Assembly: GCA_943359485.1 (NCBI GenBank)
Contig: CALRHR010000001.1
Span: 51,141 to 115,140, forward strand
Length of the DNA: 64,000 bases
Reading direction: 5' to 3'
Origin: Candidatus Nomurabacteria bacterium
GTDB taxonomy: Bacteria; Patescibacteriota; Minisyncoccia; Phycocordibacterales; UBA9973
Shown here: positions 9,378-18,114 of the stretch, one piece after another
Layout: every line of letters begins with the position of its first letter
How positions within the stretch are numbered: the stretch's first letter is position 1
Made by a program: the position numbers and the translations under genes
The notes under the pieces: generated by a model
Databases searched by the model: none
Told to the model about the DNA's origin: nothing
What the model saw: the letters and a program-made list of their open reading frames with translations, nothing else

Positions 9378-11186
9378 TTAAACAAGTTTGGCAGGCGCGG
9401 CGCCCTTGGTGGATATTTCTTCCAATAATTTTTTTAATAATTCTTCTTGTGACACATTCGACTTGCTAGTCTCAGTGCCATTCTCGCCTTCGCTCGTCGG
9501 CATTTGCCCTCCATCTCTAGATTCTAAAGTTAGTTTTCCACTTTCTATTTCTTTGTCTCCAATGACTACCCAATAAGGGATTTTATTGTTTTTTGCGTCG
9601 CGGACTTTTTTACCGAGATTTTCGTCTTCATTTGCTAGTTCTACTCGAATATTGTTTTCTTTTAATAACTCAAAAATATTTTTTGCATATTCATTATGAT
9701 TTTCTCGCACGGGTATGATTTTGATTTGCACCGGAGAGAGCCAAAGGGGGAAGTTCCCAGAGTAGTGTTCAATAAGTATTCCCATAAATCTTTCTGGAGA
9801 GCCTACAATTGCTCTGTGTATCATGACTGGAGTTTTTTCCTTGCCATCAGCATCGGTATAAGTTAGTTTAAATCTTTGAGGCATTATGAAATCAAGTTGT
9901 ATTGTAGAAATTTGCCACTCTCTTCCCAGAGAGTCTTTTGTAATTATATCCATTTTAGGTCCGTAAATTGCGGCTTCTCCAACACCTATTTCATATTTGA
10001 TCTTGTTTTCTTTTAAAATATTTTCAAGAATTTCTTGAGATCTTTCCCAGACTTCAGGACTACCTAGATATTTTTCTGGTTTTTCAGGATCCCAGAGAGA
10101 GAGTCTTATTTTGTAATTCATTTTGTAAGTCGTGAGAGCTTTCTTAACTACTCCAAGAATATTCTCAAACTCACTTTTTATTTGATCTTCTCTGCAAAAT
10201 GCGTGACCATCATCTTGGCAAAAGCATCTGAGTCTGGTTAATCCACTAAGTTCTCCTGGTCGTTCATCTCTATAAAGATTTGCAAAATCTGCATACCGGA
10301 TGGGTAGGTCGCGATAACTTCTCGGACGAGAAGCATATATTTGGGTGTGTTGTGGGCAGTTCATTGGTTTCAGAAAAAAGTCTTCTTCACTGTATTGTGA
10401 ACGAACAGTAAGCATGTCTTCTTTATATTTTTCATAATGACCAGAAATTTTAAATAATTCTGCTTTATTAAAATTTGGAGTATGTACTTCACCAAAACCA
10501 AGTTCAGCATTAAGTTCTCTACAGAAGTTTATTATGGAGTTACGAATAAAAGCTCCTTTTGGTGTGAACATTGGCATACCGCTTCCGACTAAGTCAGAAA
10601 ATACAAATAAGTCTAATTCTTTCCCTAATTTCTTATGATCCCTTTTTTTAGCTTCTTCTCTTTGGTCTATATATTTTTCCAATTCTTCTTTTGTTTCAAA
10701 TGCTAAACCATAAATACGGGTAAGCATTTTGTTTTTTTCATCTCCGCGCCAGTAGGCGCCGGCGACACGGTCGAGTTTGAAAGCATCAATGGGAAGATCT
10801 TTGTTTGGATGTTCTAAATGTCCTCCTTTGCATAAATCAACTAAAGTTCCAGATGTATAAAAAGTTAATTTTTTCCCCTCGGAGGCAAATTCCTCAAGCA
10901 GTTCAGTTTTGTATTCATTCCAGGCAAATTCCGCTCTAGCTTCTTCTAGTGTTACTTCGCGGCCGGTAAATGTATCCCAAGTCTTTATAATTTCCCGCAT
11001 TTTCTTTTCTATTTTAGGAAAATCTTCGACAGAAACTGCCTTTGGTAAATCAAAGTCTTGATAAAAACCATCATCAATAGCTGGACCAATGGCATTCTTG
11101 GCTCCTGGGTAGAGTTCTTTTATGGCTGTTACCAAAAGGTGTGCCAAGGTGTGTCTTATTTTGTAGGCATTAGTTACTTTTTCCAT
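9378..11186 (-). CDS. thrS: threonyl-tRNA synthetase
   Basis: Class II motifs are present including LTRLRCFCQDDGHAFC (ThrRS motif 2/3 region), along with an N-terminal HxxxH editing-like domain and a C-terminal anticodon-binding domain. Confidence 0.85.
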   Translation of the reverse strand: MEKVTNAYKIRHTLAHLLVTAIKELYPGAKNAIGPAIDDGFYQDFDLPKAVSVEDFPKIEKKMREIIKTWDTFTGREVTLEEARAEFAWNEYKTELLEEFASEGKKLTFYTSGTLVDLCKGGHLEHPNKDLPIDAFKLDRVAGAYWRGDEKNKMLTRIYGLAFETKEELEKYIDQREEAKKRDHKKLGKELDLFVFSDLVGSGMPMFTPKGAFIRNSIINFCRELNAELGFGEVHTPNFNKAELFKISGHYEKYKEDMLTVRSQYSEEDFFLKPMNCPQHTQIYASRPRSYRDLPIRYADFANLYRDERPGELSGLTRLRCFCQDDGHAFCREDQIKSEFENILGVVKKALTTYKMNYKIRLSLWDPEKPEKYLGSPEVWERSQEILENILKENKIKYEIGVGEAAIYGPKMDIITKDSLGREWQISTIQLDFIMPQRFKLTYTDADGKEKTPVMIHRAIVGSPERFMGILIEHYSGNFPLWLSPVQIKIIPVRENHNEYAKNIFELLKENNIRVELANEDENLGKKVRDAKNNKIPYWVVIGDKEIESGKLTLESRDGGQMPTSEGENGTETSKSNVSQEELLKKLLEEISTKGAAPAKLV

Positions 11187-11266
11187 ACTTCTACAATAGC
11201 ACATTTTTAATTTTTACAAAACATTTCGTTTGCTTTTAACCTTGAATATGCTAATATGTATTCATT

Positions 11267-11491
11267 ATGGTAGTAAGAATGAGACATACAAAATCGCATA
11301 CGAAGAATCGTCGAAGTCATCATGCTTTGGAGAGTACAAGCTTTACAAAATGTGAAAACTGTAAAGTATTGAAAAGGCGTCACACTGTGTGCTCTCTCTG
11401 CGGATTTTATCGCGGTAAAAAAGTATTGGATTTAGTAAAAAAAGCTGAAAAGAAACAAAAGAAAGAAAAAGCAAAGAAGGCACAAGCATAG
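11267..11491 (+). CDS. rpmF: 50S ribosomal protein L32
   Basis: Matches bL32 over RRSHHAL...CxxC...YRGKKV. Confidence 0.75.
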   Translation: MVVRMRHTKSHTKNRRSHHALESTSFTKCENCKVLKRRHTVCSLCGFYRGKKVLDLVKKAEKKQKKEKAKKAQA

Positions 11492-11563
11492 CGATTAGGC
11501 CTTAGGCACTAGGCACTAGCAAATTAACGCTAAAGCCTAACGCTTAGAGCCTAACGCCTAAAC
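11491..11563. repeat. CTAGGC/CCTAAC hairpin repeat element
   Basis: The 5' arm is TTAGGCCTTAGGCACTAGGCACTAGC and the 3' arm is GCTAAAGCCTAACGCTTAGAGCCTAACGCCTAA; the arms are imperfectly complementary. It belongs to a family with copies at 5497, 23445, 51621 and other sites. Confidence 0.6.
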
Positions 11564-11565
11564 AA

Positions 11566-12534
11566 ATGGCAAATAGGCACCTTTCAAGATCAATAGTGCT
11601 TCAGACTCTTTTTGAGTGGGATTTCTTGCTTGCCTCGCAGAAGCAGAGCGAAGGCGGGCCTGCAGAAAAAAAGGGTGCAAATTCTCGGGCTGGCCAAATT
11701 AAAGAAATATTAAATAAAAATCTAAAAGAATTTGCTTCCGGACTCGAGGATGATAATTTTGTTTTATCTCTCATTGACCAAGTATTGGAAAAACAATCCA
11801 AAGTTGATGAAATCATAGAAGCATCCGCACCAGACTGGCCAATAGACAAGATTTCTGTGGTGGACAGAAATATCCTGCGAATTGGGTTGACGGAGCTTCT
11901 TTTTGGTGACAGGTCGCAGGTGCCTCCGAAGGTGGCGATAAATGAAGCCATAGAATTGGCAAAAACTTTTGGCGGAGAAAATTCCGGTAAATTTATAAAT
12001 GGCGTGCTTGGCTCAGTTTATAAGGAGATAGGCTCTCCGGGCAAGGAACAAATTAGTAAAAATACATATGCTGATAAGCCACTCGACATCTCAGAACTTC
12101 CAGTAGAAAAAAAGGGCGGAGCGTTGGTTTATACTAAAGGAGAAGATGGTCAATTTTTATTGGCTTTAGTGCATGATGTTTTTGGTTACTGGACTATATC
12201 CAAGGGAGGTATTCTAAATGAAGAAAATGAAAGAGAGGCGACAAAGAGAGAAATAAAAAAAGAAATTGGAATCGACATAGAGATAGAAAAAAAACTTGGA
12301 GAGAATGAATATGTGGCTTCTCACCCATCCAAGGGAAAAAGTTTAAAAAAAGTAGTTTACTTTTTGGCATATAGCGAGTATAAAGAGTTGGTGCTCGAAA
12401 AGTCGAGCGGACTAGACGGGGCCAGGTGGTTTGAACTTTCTCTTATACCAGAATTGCGTATATATAACGACATCATTCCACTTATCAGTAAAGCAGTCGA
12501 AATACTGGGTAGTGAAAAGTCACAAAGTTTATAA
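11566..12534 (+). CDS. nusB: NusB antitermination domain fused to C-terminal NUDIX hydrolase domain
   Basis: The N-terminal part contains [27 protein letters not shown], the NusB signature. The C-terminal part contains the NUDIX box [22 protein letters not shown]. Confidence 0.75.
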   Translation: MANRHLSRSIVLQTLFEWDFLLASQKQSEGGPAEKKGANSRAGQIKEILNKNLKEFASGLEDDNFVLSLIDQVLEKQSKVDEIIEASAPDWPIDKISVVDRNILRIGLTELLFGDRSQVPPKVAINEAIELAKTFGGENSGKFINGVLGSVYKEIGSPGKEQISKNTYADKPLDISELPVEKKGGALVYTKGEDGQFLLALVHDVFGYWTISKGGILNEENEREATKREIKKEIGIDIEIEKKLGENEYVASHPSKGKSLKKVVYFLAYSEYKELVLEKSSGLDGARWFELSLIPELRIYNDIIPLISKAVEILGSEKSQSL

Positions 12535-12550
12535 AGTAGAAAGTAATAAA

Positions 12551-13258
12551 ATGACAAATAAAACAACAGATCTCGCAGATTTTGAGAAAAAAATAAAAAT
12601 AATTTTTAAAGACAAAAATTTACTTAAGCAGGCTTTCATTCATCGTTCTTACATTAATGAAAACACCGGCACAAAACTTTCACACAATGAAAGGCTTGAG
12701 TTTTTGGGTGATGCCGTGCTAGAGCTCATTGTCACCGACTTTTTGTATAAAAAATATCCGAGCTATACCGAAGGGGAACTGACGGCTCTGCGTTCGGCCT
12801 TAGTCAATGCCGTTATTATTTCTGAAATGGCTCTTGCTGTCGGTATGAATGATTATTTGTTTTTATCAAAGGGTGAATCCAAAGATAACGGCAAAGCAAG
12901 GCAATACATTTTAGCAAATACCTATGAAGCATTTATTGGGGCTTTGTATTTAGATCAGGGTTATGATGCGGTGGATAAATTTGTTTACAAAACTTTACTT
13001 GGCAAGACAGATGAAATAGTAAGTAAAAAACTTTGGCGTGACGCCAAGTCTTTGGTACAGGAACGAGCGCAAGAATTTGTAAATGTTACGCCTGCATACA
13101 AAGTTCTATCCGAGTCTGGCCCTGATCATGACAAGCATTTTACTGTTGGTATTTATTTCGGGCTTAATTTAATTGCTCAGGGTAAAGGTAAGTCTAAACA
13201 AGAAGCCGAGCAGAAAGCAGCCGAAGCTGCCCTAAAGGTGAAGGATTGGATGGATTAA
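12551..13258 (+). CDS. rnc: ribonuclease III
   Basis: Contains the ERLEFLGDAVLEL signature and a C-terminal dsRBD. Confidence 0.9.
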   Translation: MTNKTTDLADFEKKIKIIFKDKNLLKQAFIHRSYINENTGTKLSHNERLEFLGDAVLELIVTDFLYKKYPSYTEGELTALRSALVNAVIISEMALAVGMNDYLFLSKGESKDNGKARQYILANTYEAFIGALYLDQGYDAVDKFVYKTLLGKTDEIVSKKLWRDAKSLVQERAQEFVNVTPAYKVLSESGPDHDKHFTVGIYFGLNLIAQGKGKSKQEAEQKAAEAALKVKDWMD

Positions 13259-13277
13259 ATATGGTAAGATAAGCATC

Positions 13278-15413
13278 ATGCGGCTTAAACATCTCGAACT
13301 AAATGGTTTTAAATCTTTTGCTCAAAAAACAGTTTTGGAATTTGAGACTCCAGTTGTGTGTGTAGTTGGACCAAATGGTTCTGGAAAATCAAATGTAGTG
13401 GAGGCATTTCGTTTTGTCTTGGGTGAGCAGTCTATGAAGTCTATGCGTGGTAAATCCGGCCTAGACCTTGTTTTCAAAGGTTCAAAAAATTTACCGAAAG
13501 GTAGCCGAGCGAGTGTATCTATTTATTTCAATAACCCTGATAAAGTTTTTAAGCTTGAAAATGACGGTGGGGAAAATATAAATTTAAATTACGATACTAT
13601 CAGTATTTCCCGTGAAGTTTATATAGATGGACGGAATATTTACACTTTAAATGGTAGCGAAGTTCGTTTGAAAGATATTCATCAGCTTCTTTCTTCGGTT
13701 AACATAGGCGCAAGTGGGCACCATATCATTTCGCAAGGTGAGGCCGACAGAATCTTGAATGCAAATCCGAAAGAGAGGAAAGAAATGGTGGAAGACGCAT
13801 TGGGGCTGAAAATTTATCAATATAAGATCAAGGAGAGTGAGCGCAAGCTTGAGCGAACAAATACAAACATGAAAGAAGTGTCGATGTTGCGACGAGAAAA
13901 TGCTCCGCATCTTAATTTTTTAAAAAAACAAGTAGAAAAATTTGAAAAGGTAAAAGAAATGCAGGCTGAGCTTGCAACTCTTTACATGGAGTATCTGGGG
14001 AAAGAAAATGTTTATTTAGAAAAAGCAAAGAAAAATCTCTTACTAGAAAGAAAAAATATTACAAGTGAGCTTGAGAGTGTAACCAAAAAAATCTCTGAGA
14101 CTAAAGAAGAAAAGGAAAATAAAAAAATAGAAGAATTAAAAATAGTTGAGTCAAAATTAAACGAACTTCGCTTACAAAAAGGTGAACTAGAACGAAAACT
14201 TGGTCGCATTGAGGGAATACTGGAAGCTAAAGAGCACAAGGTTAATCTTGCTGGCAGGTGTCCTTTGTGTGGCAGTGTTATCAAGAAAATAGATCCGGAA
14301 CAGATAGAAAAAAAAGACCACGAAGAAAAAGAATTAGCTGAATTGAAAAATTCGCAAGTGGAGATTCTTGCTCTGATTGAAAAAATAAAAATCGAAGAAG
14401 ATATGCAGTTGAGTTTTGTTGAAAAGTTGAAAACAGAAATAAATCAAGAAATGGAAGCCTTGCGAGACCTGGAGCGAGAAAAGTTTACCTGGAAAGTTAG
14501 AAATCAAGAGCTTCATTCTGCCCTCGATCTTTTACTTATAAAAGAAGGGAATTTGAAAGTGCGCACGGAGTCTTTTGAAAATGAAATCAAGGAAGGTGTG
14601 GCTCTGGTGGGGCAAAACATTTTGGCTTTTCGTAACTCTGTTATTTCAGCCGACACATTGGACATAAATGAGGTTGAGCAGACAGAACTCAAGAAAAGAA
14701 TCGAACGGTTAAAAATAAAATTAGAAGACGCGGGTCTTAGTAACGGGGCTGAACTGATAAAAGAATTTGAAGATATGTCGCAGAGGGATCTATTTTTAGC
14801 GAAAGAGCTCCTCGATCTTACTAAGAGCATTGAGTTCTTAGAGAAACTAATTGCAGACTTGAAAGAAAAAATTGATAAAGAGTTTAAAGAAGGAGTAAAA
14901 AAAATAAATGTGGAATTTCAAGAATTCTTTACACTTCTCTTTGGTGGGGGACACGGCGCGTTAGCTATTGTGGTAGAAAACAAAAAGAAGAGACGGAGTG
15001 AGGATGAATCTCTCGAAATCTCTCGAGATGATTCTACTGAATCAGATATTGTTTTTGAACAGGGGATCGAGATCAATGTTTCGCTTCCGCGCAAAAAAGT
15101 TAAAGAACTACATGCATTGTCCGGAGGGGAACGGTCACTCACATCTATTGCACTCCTTTTCGCTATGTCGCAAGTCAATCCACCACCATTTTTAGTACTA
15201 GACGAAACAGATGCTGCGCTTGATGAAGCGAATTCGCGTAAATATGGCGATATGCTGGAGAAACTTTCCAAAAGTTCCCAACTTATTGTTGTGACTCACA
15301 ATCGTGAGACTATGTCTCGCGCTGGAGTGATTTATGGGGTGACCATAGGGAGGAACGAAGCCTCCAAGCTTCTCTCTGTTAAATTCGATGAAGCTGCCGC
15401 GATTGCAAAATAA
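13278..15413 (+). CDS. smc: SMC-family ATPase with shortened coiled coil and central CxxC (zinc-hook-like) motif
   Basis: The head has the N-terminal Walker A FKSF...GPNGSGKSN...FVLGEQS and C-terminal LSGGERSLTSIALLFAM...LVLDETDAALD. It is only 711 aa and carries CPLCG at the coiled-coil apex. Confidence 0.7.
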   Translation: MRLKHLELNGFKSFAQKTVLEFETPVVCVVGPNGSGKSNVVEAFRFVLGEQSMKSMRGKSGLDLVFKGSKNLPKGSRASVSIYFNNPDKVFKLENDGGENINLNYDTISISREVYIDGRNIYTLNGSEVRLKDIHQLLSSVNIGASGHHIISQGEADRILNANPKERKEMVEDALGLKIYQYKIKESERKLERTNTNMKEVSMLRRENAPHLNFLKKQVEKFEKVKEMQAELATLYMEYLGKENVYLEKAKKNLLLERKNITSELESVTKKISETKEEKENKKIEELKIVESKLNELRLQKGELERKLGRIEGILEAKEHKVNLAGRCPLCGSVIKKIDPEQIEKKDHEEKELAELKNSQVEILALIEKIKIEEDMQLSFVEKLKTEINQEMEALRDLEREKFTWKVRNQELHSALDLLLIKEGNLKVRTESFENEIKEGVALVGQNILAFRNSVISADTLDINEVEQTELKKRIERLKIKLEDAGLSNGAELIKEFEDMSQRDLFLAKELLDLTKSIEFLEKLIADLKEKIDKEFKEGVKKINVEFQEFFTLLFGGGHGALAIVVENKKKRRSEDESLEISRDDSTESDIVFEQGIEINVSLPRKKVKELHALSGGERSLTSIALLFAMSQVNPPPFLVLDETDAALDEANSRKYGDMLEKLSKSSQLIVVTHNRETMSRAGVIYGVTIGRNEASKLLSVKFDEAAAIAK

Positions 15414-15517
15414 TTGTTTTGTTTTGTTATTGTAATTTACGATTTTTTAGAAAAACATGGCACTTTCCTTTAAATAGTGTTATACTATAGATATTAACAG
15501 TAATAACTTTAAAAAAT

Positions 15518-15706
15518 ATGGCAGATTTACAAGCTTTGTGTATGAAGTGCAGGACTAATAATAAGCCGACCATGCAGAAGATGACTAACCCAGTGGTTAC
15601 TAAAAACGAAAAGGGGAGGTATTCAGCTAAGGGCACTTGTGCCGTATGTGGAGGCAATATGTTCAAGTTTATGTCTGCGGTTGATGGAGAGGCGATGATG
15701 AAATAA
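15518..15706 (+). CDS. small zinc-ribbon protein
   Basis: Two CxxC pairs (CMKC...CAVCG) in 62 aa, with a terminator immediately downstream. Confidence 0.5.
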   Translation: MADLQALCMKCRTNNKPTMQKMTNPVVTKNEKGRYSAKGTCAVCGGNMFKFMSAVDGEAMMK

Positions 15707-15730
15707 AGGTATAAAATTCCAAAAAAACAA

Positions 15731-15760
15731 AAAGCCTCCATAGGGGCTTTTTGTTTTTTT
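15731..15760 (+). terminator. rho-independent terminator
   Basis: GCCTCCATAGGGGC hairpin followed by TTTTTGTTTTTTT. Confidence 0.75.
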
Positions 15761-15785
15761 GGTGTATAAGTGGTAAAATTAGCTT

Positions 15786-16760
15786 ATGATAAAAAATATT
15801 CTGTTTACCAGGGTGATTCCCAACATTACTATTTCAATGTTGAAAGAGAAAGGTTATGAGGTAGATGTAAACGAAAAAGACCAAGTCCTAACTCAACCTG
15901 AATTAATTAACTTACTAAAACAAAAACCATATGACGGAGTAGTGACACTACTGACTGATAAAATTGACAAGAAAGTCTTTGACGCAACGCCCTCAACAAA
16001 AATATTTGCTAATTATGCTTCTGGCTTTGACAATATTGATATTGTTTTAGCGAAAGAGCGTGGGGTGACGGTTACAAATGCACCCACGGATCTGACGTCT
16101 ATATCTGTGGCCGAACACGCTGTCGCATTTATGTTTGCTTTAGCCAAGAGACTCGTGGAGGCAGATAAATTTGTACGAGAAGGTAAGTACGACGGCTGGG
16201 CGCCGATGAAATTTCTGGGGAATAGTTTATCTGGTAAAACTATTGGCATAGTGGGTACTGGACGAATAGGAGAGAAGGTGGCTAGTCTTTGTAAAGGTTT
16301 GGGTTTAAAAATAATTTATACCAATAATTCTAAAAATGAAAACATTGAGAGAGAAACTGGAGCGACTTACTGCAATTCCCTAGATGAACTTTTAAGAGAA
16401 GCGGATTTTGTGAGCCTGCATGTGCCACTCTTGCCTTCAACCACACATTTGATAAATGAAACTAATTTGAATTTAATGAAGCCGACTAGTTTTCTCATAA
16501 ATACTTCTCGGGGGGCGGTGATAGATGAAGTGGCGCTGGAGAAAGCCCTCAGGGGGAAAGTTATTGCTGGTGCCGGGCTCGATGTTTTTGAATTTGAACC
16601 GAAAGTCACTCCGGGGCTAACTTCTCTTTCTAATGTTATTCTCACTCCTCATATTGCCTCTGCAAATCTAGACGCTCGTGAGGCTATGGGGAGAGTCGTC
16701 GCCGAAAATCTAATTGACTTTTTTGAAGGCAGGGTTCCAAAAGATATAGTGAGTAAATAA
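15786..16760 (+). CDS. D-isomer-specific 2-hydroxyacid dehydrogenase (glyoxylate/hydroxypyruvate reductase-like)
   Basis: Has the NAD-binding motif GIVGTGRIGEKVA and the catalytic R/E/H region. Confidence 0.8.
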   Translation: MIKNILFTRVIPNITISMLKEKGYEVDVNEKDQVLTQPELINLLKQKPYDGVVTLLTDKIDKKVFDATPSTKIFANYASGFDNIDIVLAKERGVTVTNAPTDLTSISVAEHAVAFMFALAKRLVEADKFVREGKYDGWAPMKFLGNSLSGKTIGIVGTGRIGEKVASLCKGLGLKIIYTNNSKNENIERETGATYCNSLDELLREADFVSLHVPLLPSTTHLINETNLNLMKPTSFLINTSRGAVIDEVALEKALRGKVIAGAGLDVFEFEPKVTPGLTSLSNVILTPHIASANLDAREAMGRVVAENLIDFFEGRVPKDIVSK

Positions 16761-16775
16761 AATTAATCTAGAACT

Positions 16776-18086
16776 TTGATGCCGATAATTTCCAATACAA
16801 AAGAATTGAGTTTAAACTTATTGCGAGAAAAAGCCTTAGCTATTGCTGAGGCAGGATTATCTGCGCTTGATTCCTCTATAGTTATCAGAAATTCTCTAAA
16901 ACTTGAGAACAATAATATTTATGTCGGTGATAAAATTTTTCCTATTTTGGCATCAAGCAAATTAATAGTAATTGGTGTAGGTAAATGCGCTATCAATGCG
17001 GTTTCGGAGGTAGAAAAAATTTTAGGTGACCACATAACTTCTGGTATTGTATTGGATGTTCATGAAAACACTACCTGTAAATTTAAAAAGATTAAATGTA
17101 TTACCGGCTCTCATCCAACTCCGACCGAGAAAAATGTTGTAGCAACAAAAGAAATTGTTGCCATGCTTTCTGACCTTACTCCTTCTGACTTAGTTTTATT
17201 TATTATCTCTGGTGGAGGCTCGGCGCTCTTGTGTCTACCTGAAGAAGGTTCAGTTTACCTAGATGAATCATTGATTGTTTCTGAACTTTTTCGTGTCGGG
17301 GCCTCCATTAAAGAATTGAATACACTTCGCAAACATATCTCTCTGGCTCGCGGAGGGTATTTGGCTAAATACGCATATCCCGCTCATGTAGTATCACTTA
17401 TTTTCTCTGATGTTCCTGGGAATGATATTAATTTCATTTCTTCGGGGCCGACGGTAAAAGATATGACTACAATTGTCGATGCGGAGGCAGTTCTATCCAA
17501 GTATCAAATTCTAAAAAAATGTAATATTCTACATTGTGGATTGATTGAAACTCCCAAAGATGAAAAATATTTTTCTAATGTATATAATTATCTTGTTCTT
17601 TCAAACGAACATGCCCTTAAAGCAATGTCTCTCAAGGCGAAAAGTCTTGGTTTGCGCCCTTCGATTCAAGATACCAAAATGGTGGGTGAAGCCAAGGTCG
17701 TTGGTGAAAGAATTGCTAAAGAAATTTCCCAAGCGGACGAGGGCAGAGTACTTCTTTACGGAGGCGAAACTACTGTGGTAATCCATGGCCATGGACGAGG
17801 TGGTCGAAATCAAGAGCTAGCGCTGGGAGCGTTAAAAAATATTCAAACTGATACCTTAGTCCTTTCTCTGGCTTCTGATGGAAAAGACAATGGTCCTTAT
17901 GCTGGAGCGATAATGGATCGAGAAATTTTAGAGAATTCAAATTCCAAAGGACTTGATTCGCAGATATTTTTTGCAGAAAATAATGTAAGTGAGTTTTTTG
18001 AACAAAGTGGTGGGCTTTTGAAAACGGGTGATACAGGTTCGAATGTTTCTGACCTGATTATCGCCATAAAAGATATACAAACTTAG
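16776..18086 (+). CDS. glycerate 2-kinase (MOFRL/GckA family)
   Basis: LLYGGETTVVIHGHGRGGRNQELALG is the MOFRL signature. Confidence 0.75.
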   Translation: MMPIISNTKELSLNLLREKALAIAEAGLSALDSSIVIRNSLKLENNNIYVGDKIFPILASSKLIVIGVGKCAINAVSEVEKILGDHITSGIVLDVHENTTCKFKKIKCITGSHPTPTEKNVVATKEIVAMLSDLTPSDLVLFIISGGGSALLCLPEEGSVYLDESLIVSELFRVGASIKELNTLRKHISLARGGYLAKYAYPAHVVSLIFSDVPGNDINFISSGPTVKDMTTIVDAEAVLSKYQILKKCNILHCGLIETPKDEKYFSNVYNYLVLSNEHALKAMSLKAKSLGLRPSIQDTKMVGEAKVVGERIAKEISQADEGRVLLYGGETTVVIHGHGRGGRNQELALGALKNIQTDTLVLSLASDGKDNGPYAGAIMDREILENSNSKGLDSQIFFAENNVSEFFEQSGGLLKTGDTGSNVSDLIIAIKDIQT

Positions 18087-18114
18087 TCGATTAATTTTAA
18101 TTTTTAATAAACAT

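Noticed and set aside
15427-15741. 104-aa minus-strand ORF
   Set aside because: It overlaps the zinc-ribbon gene and the terminator, and the hydrophobic low-complexity translation looks spurious.
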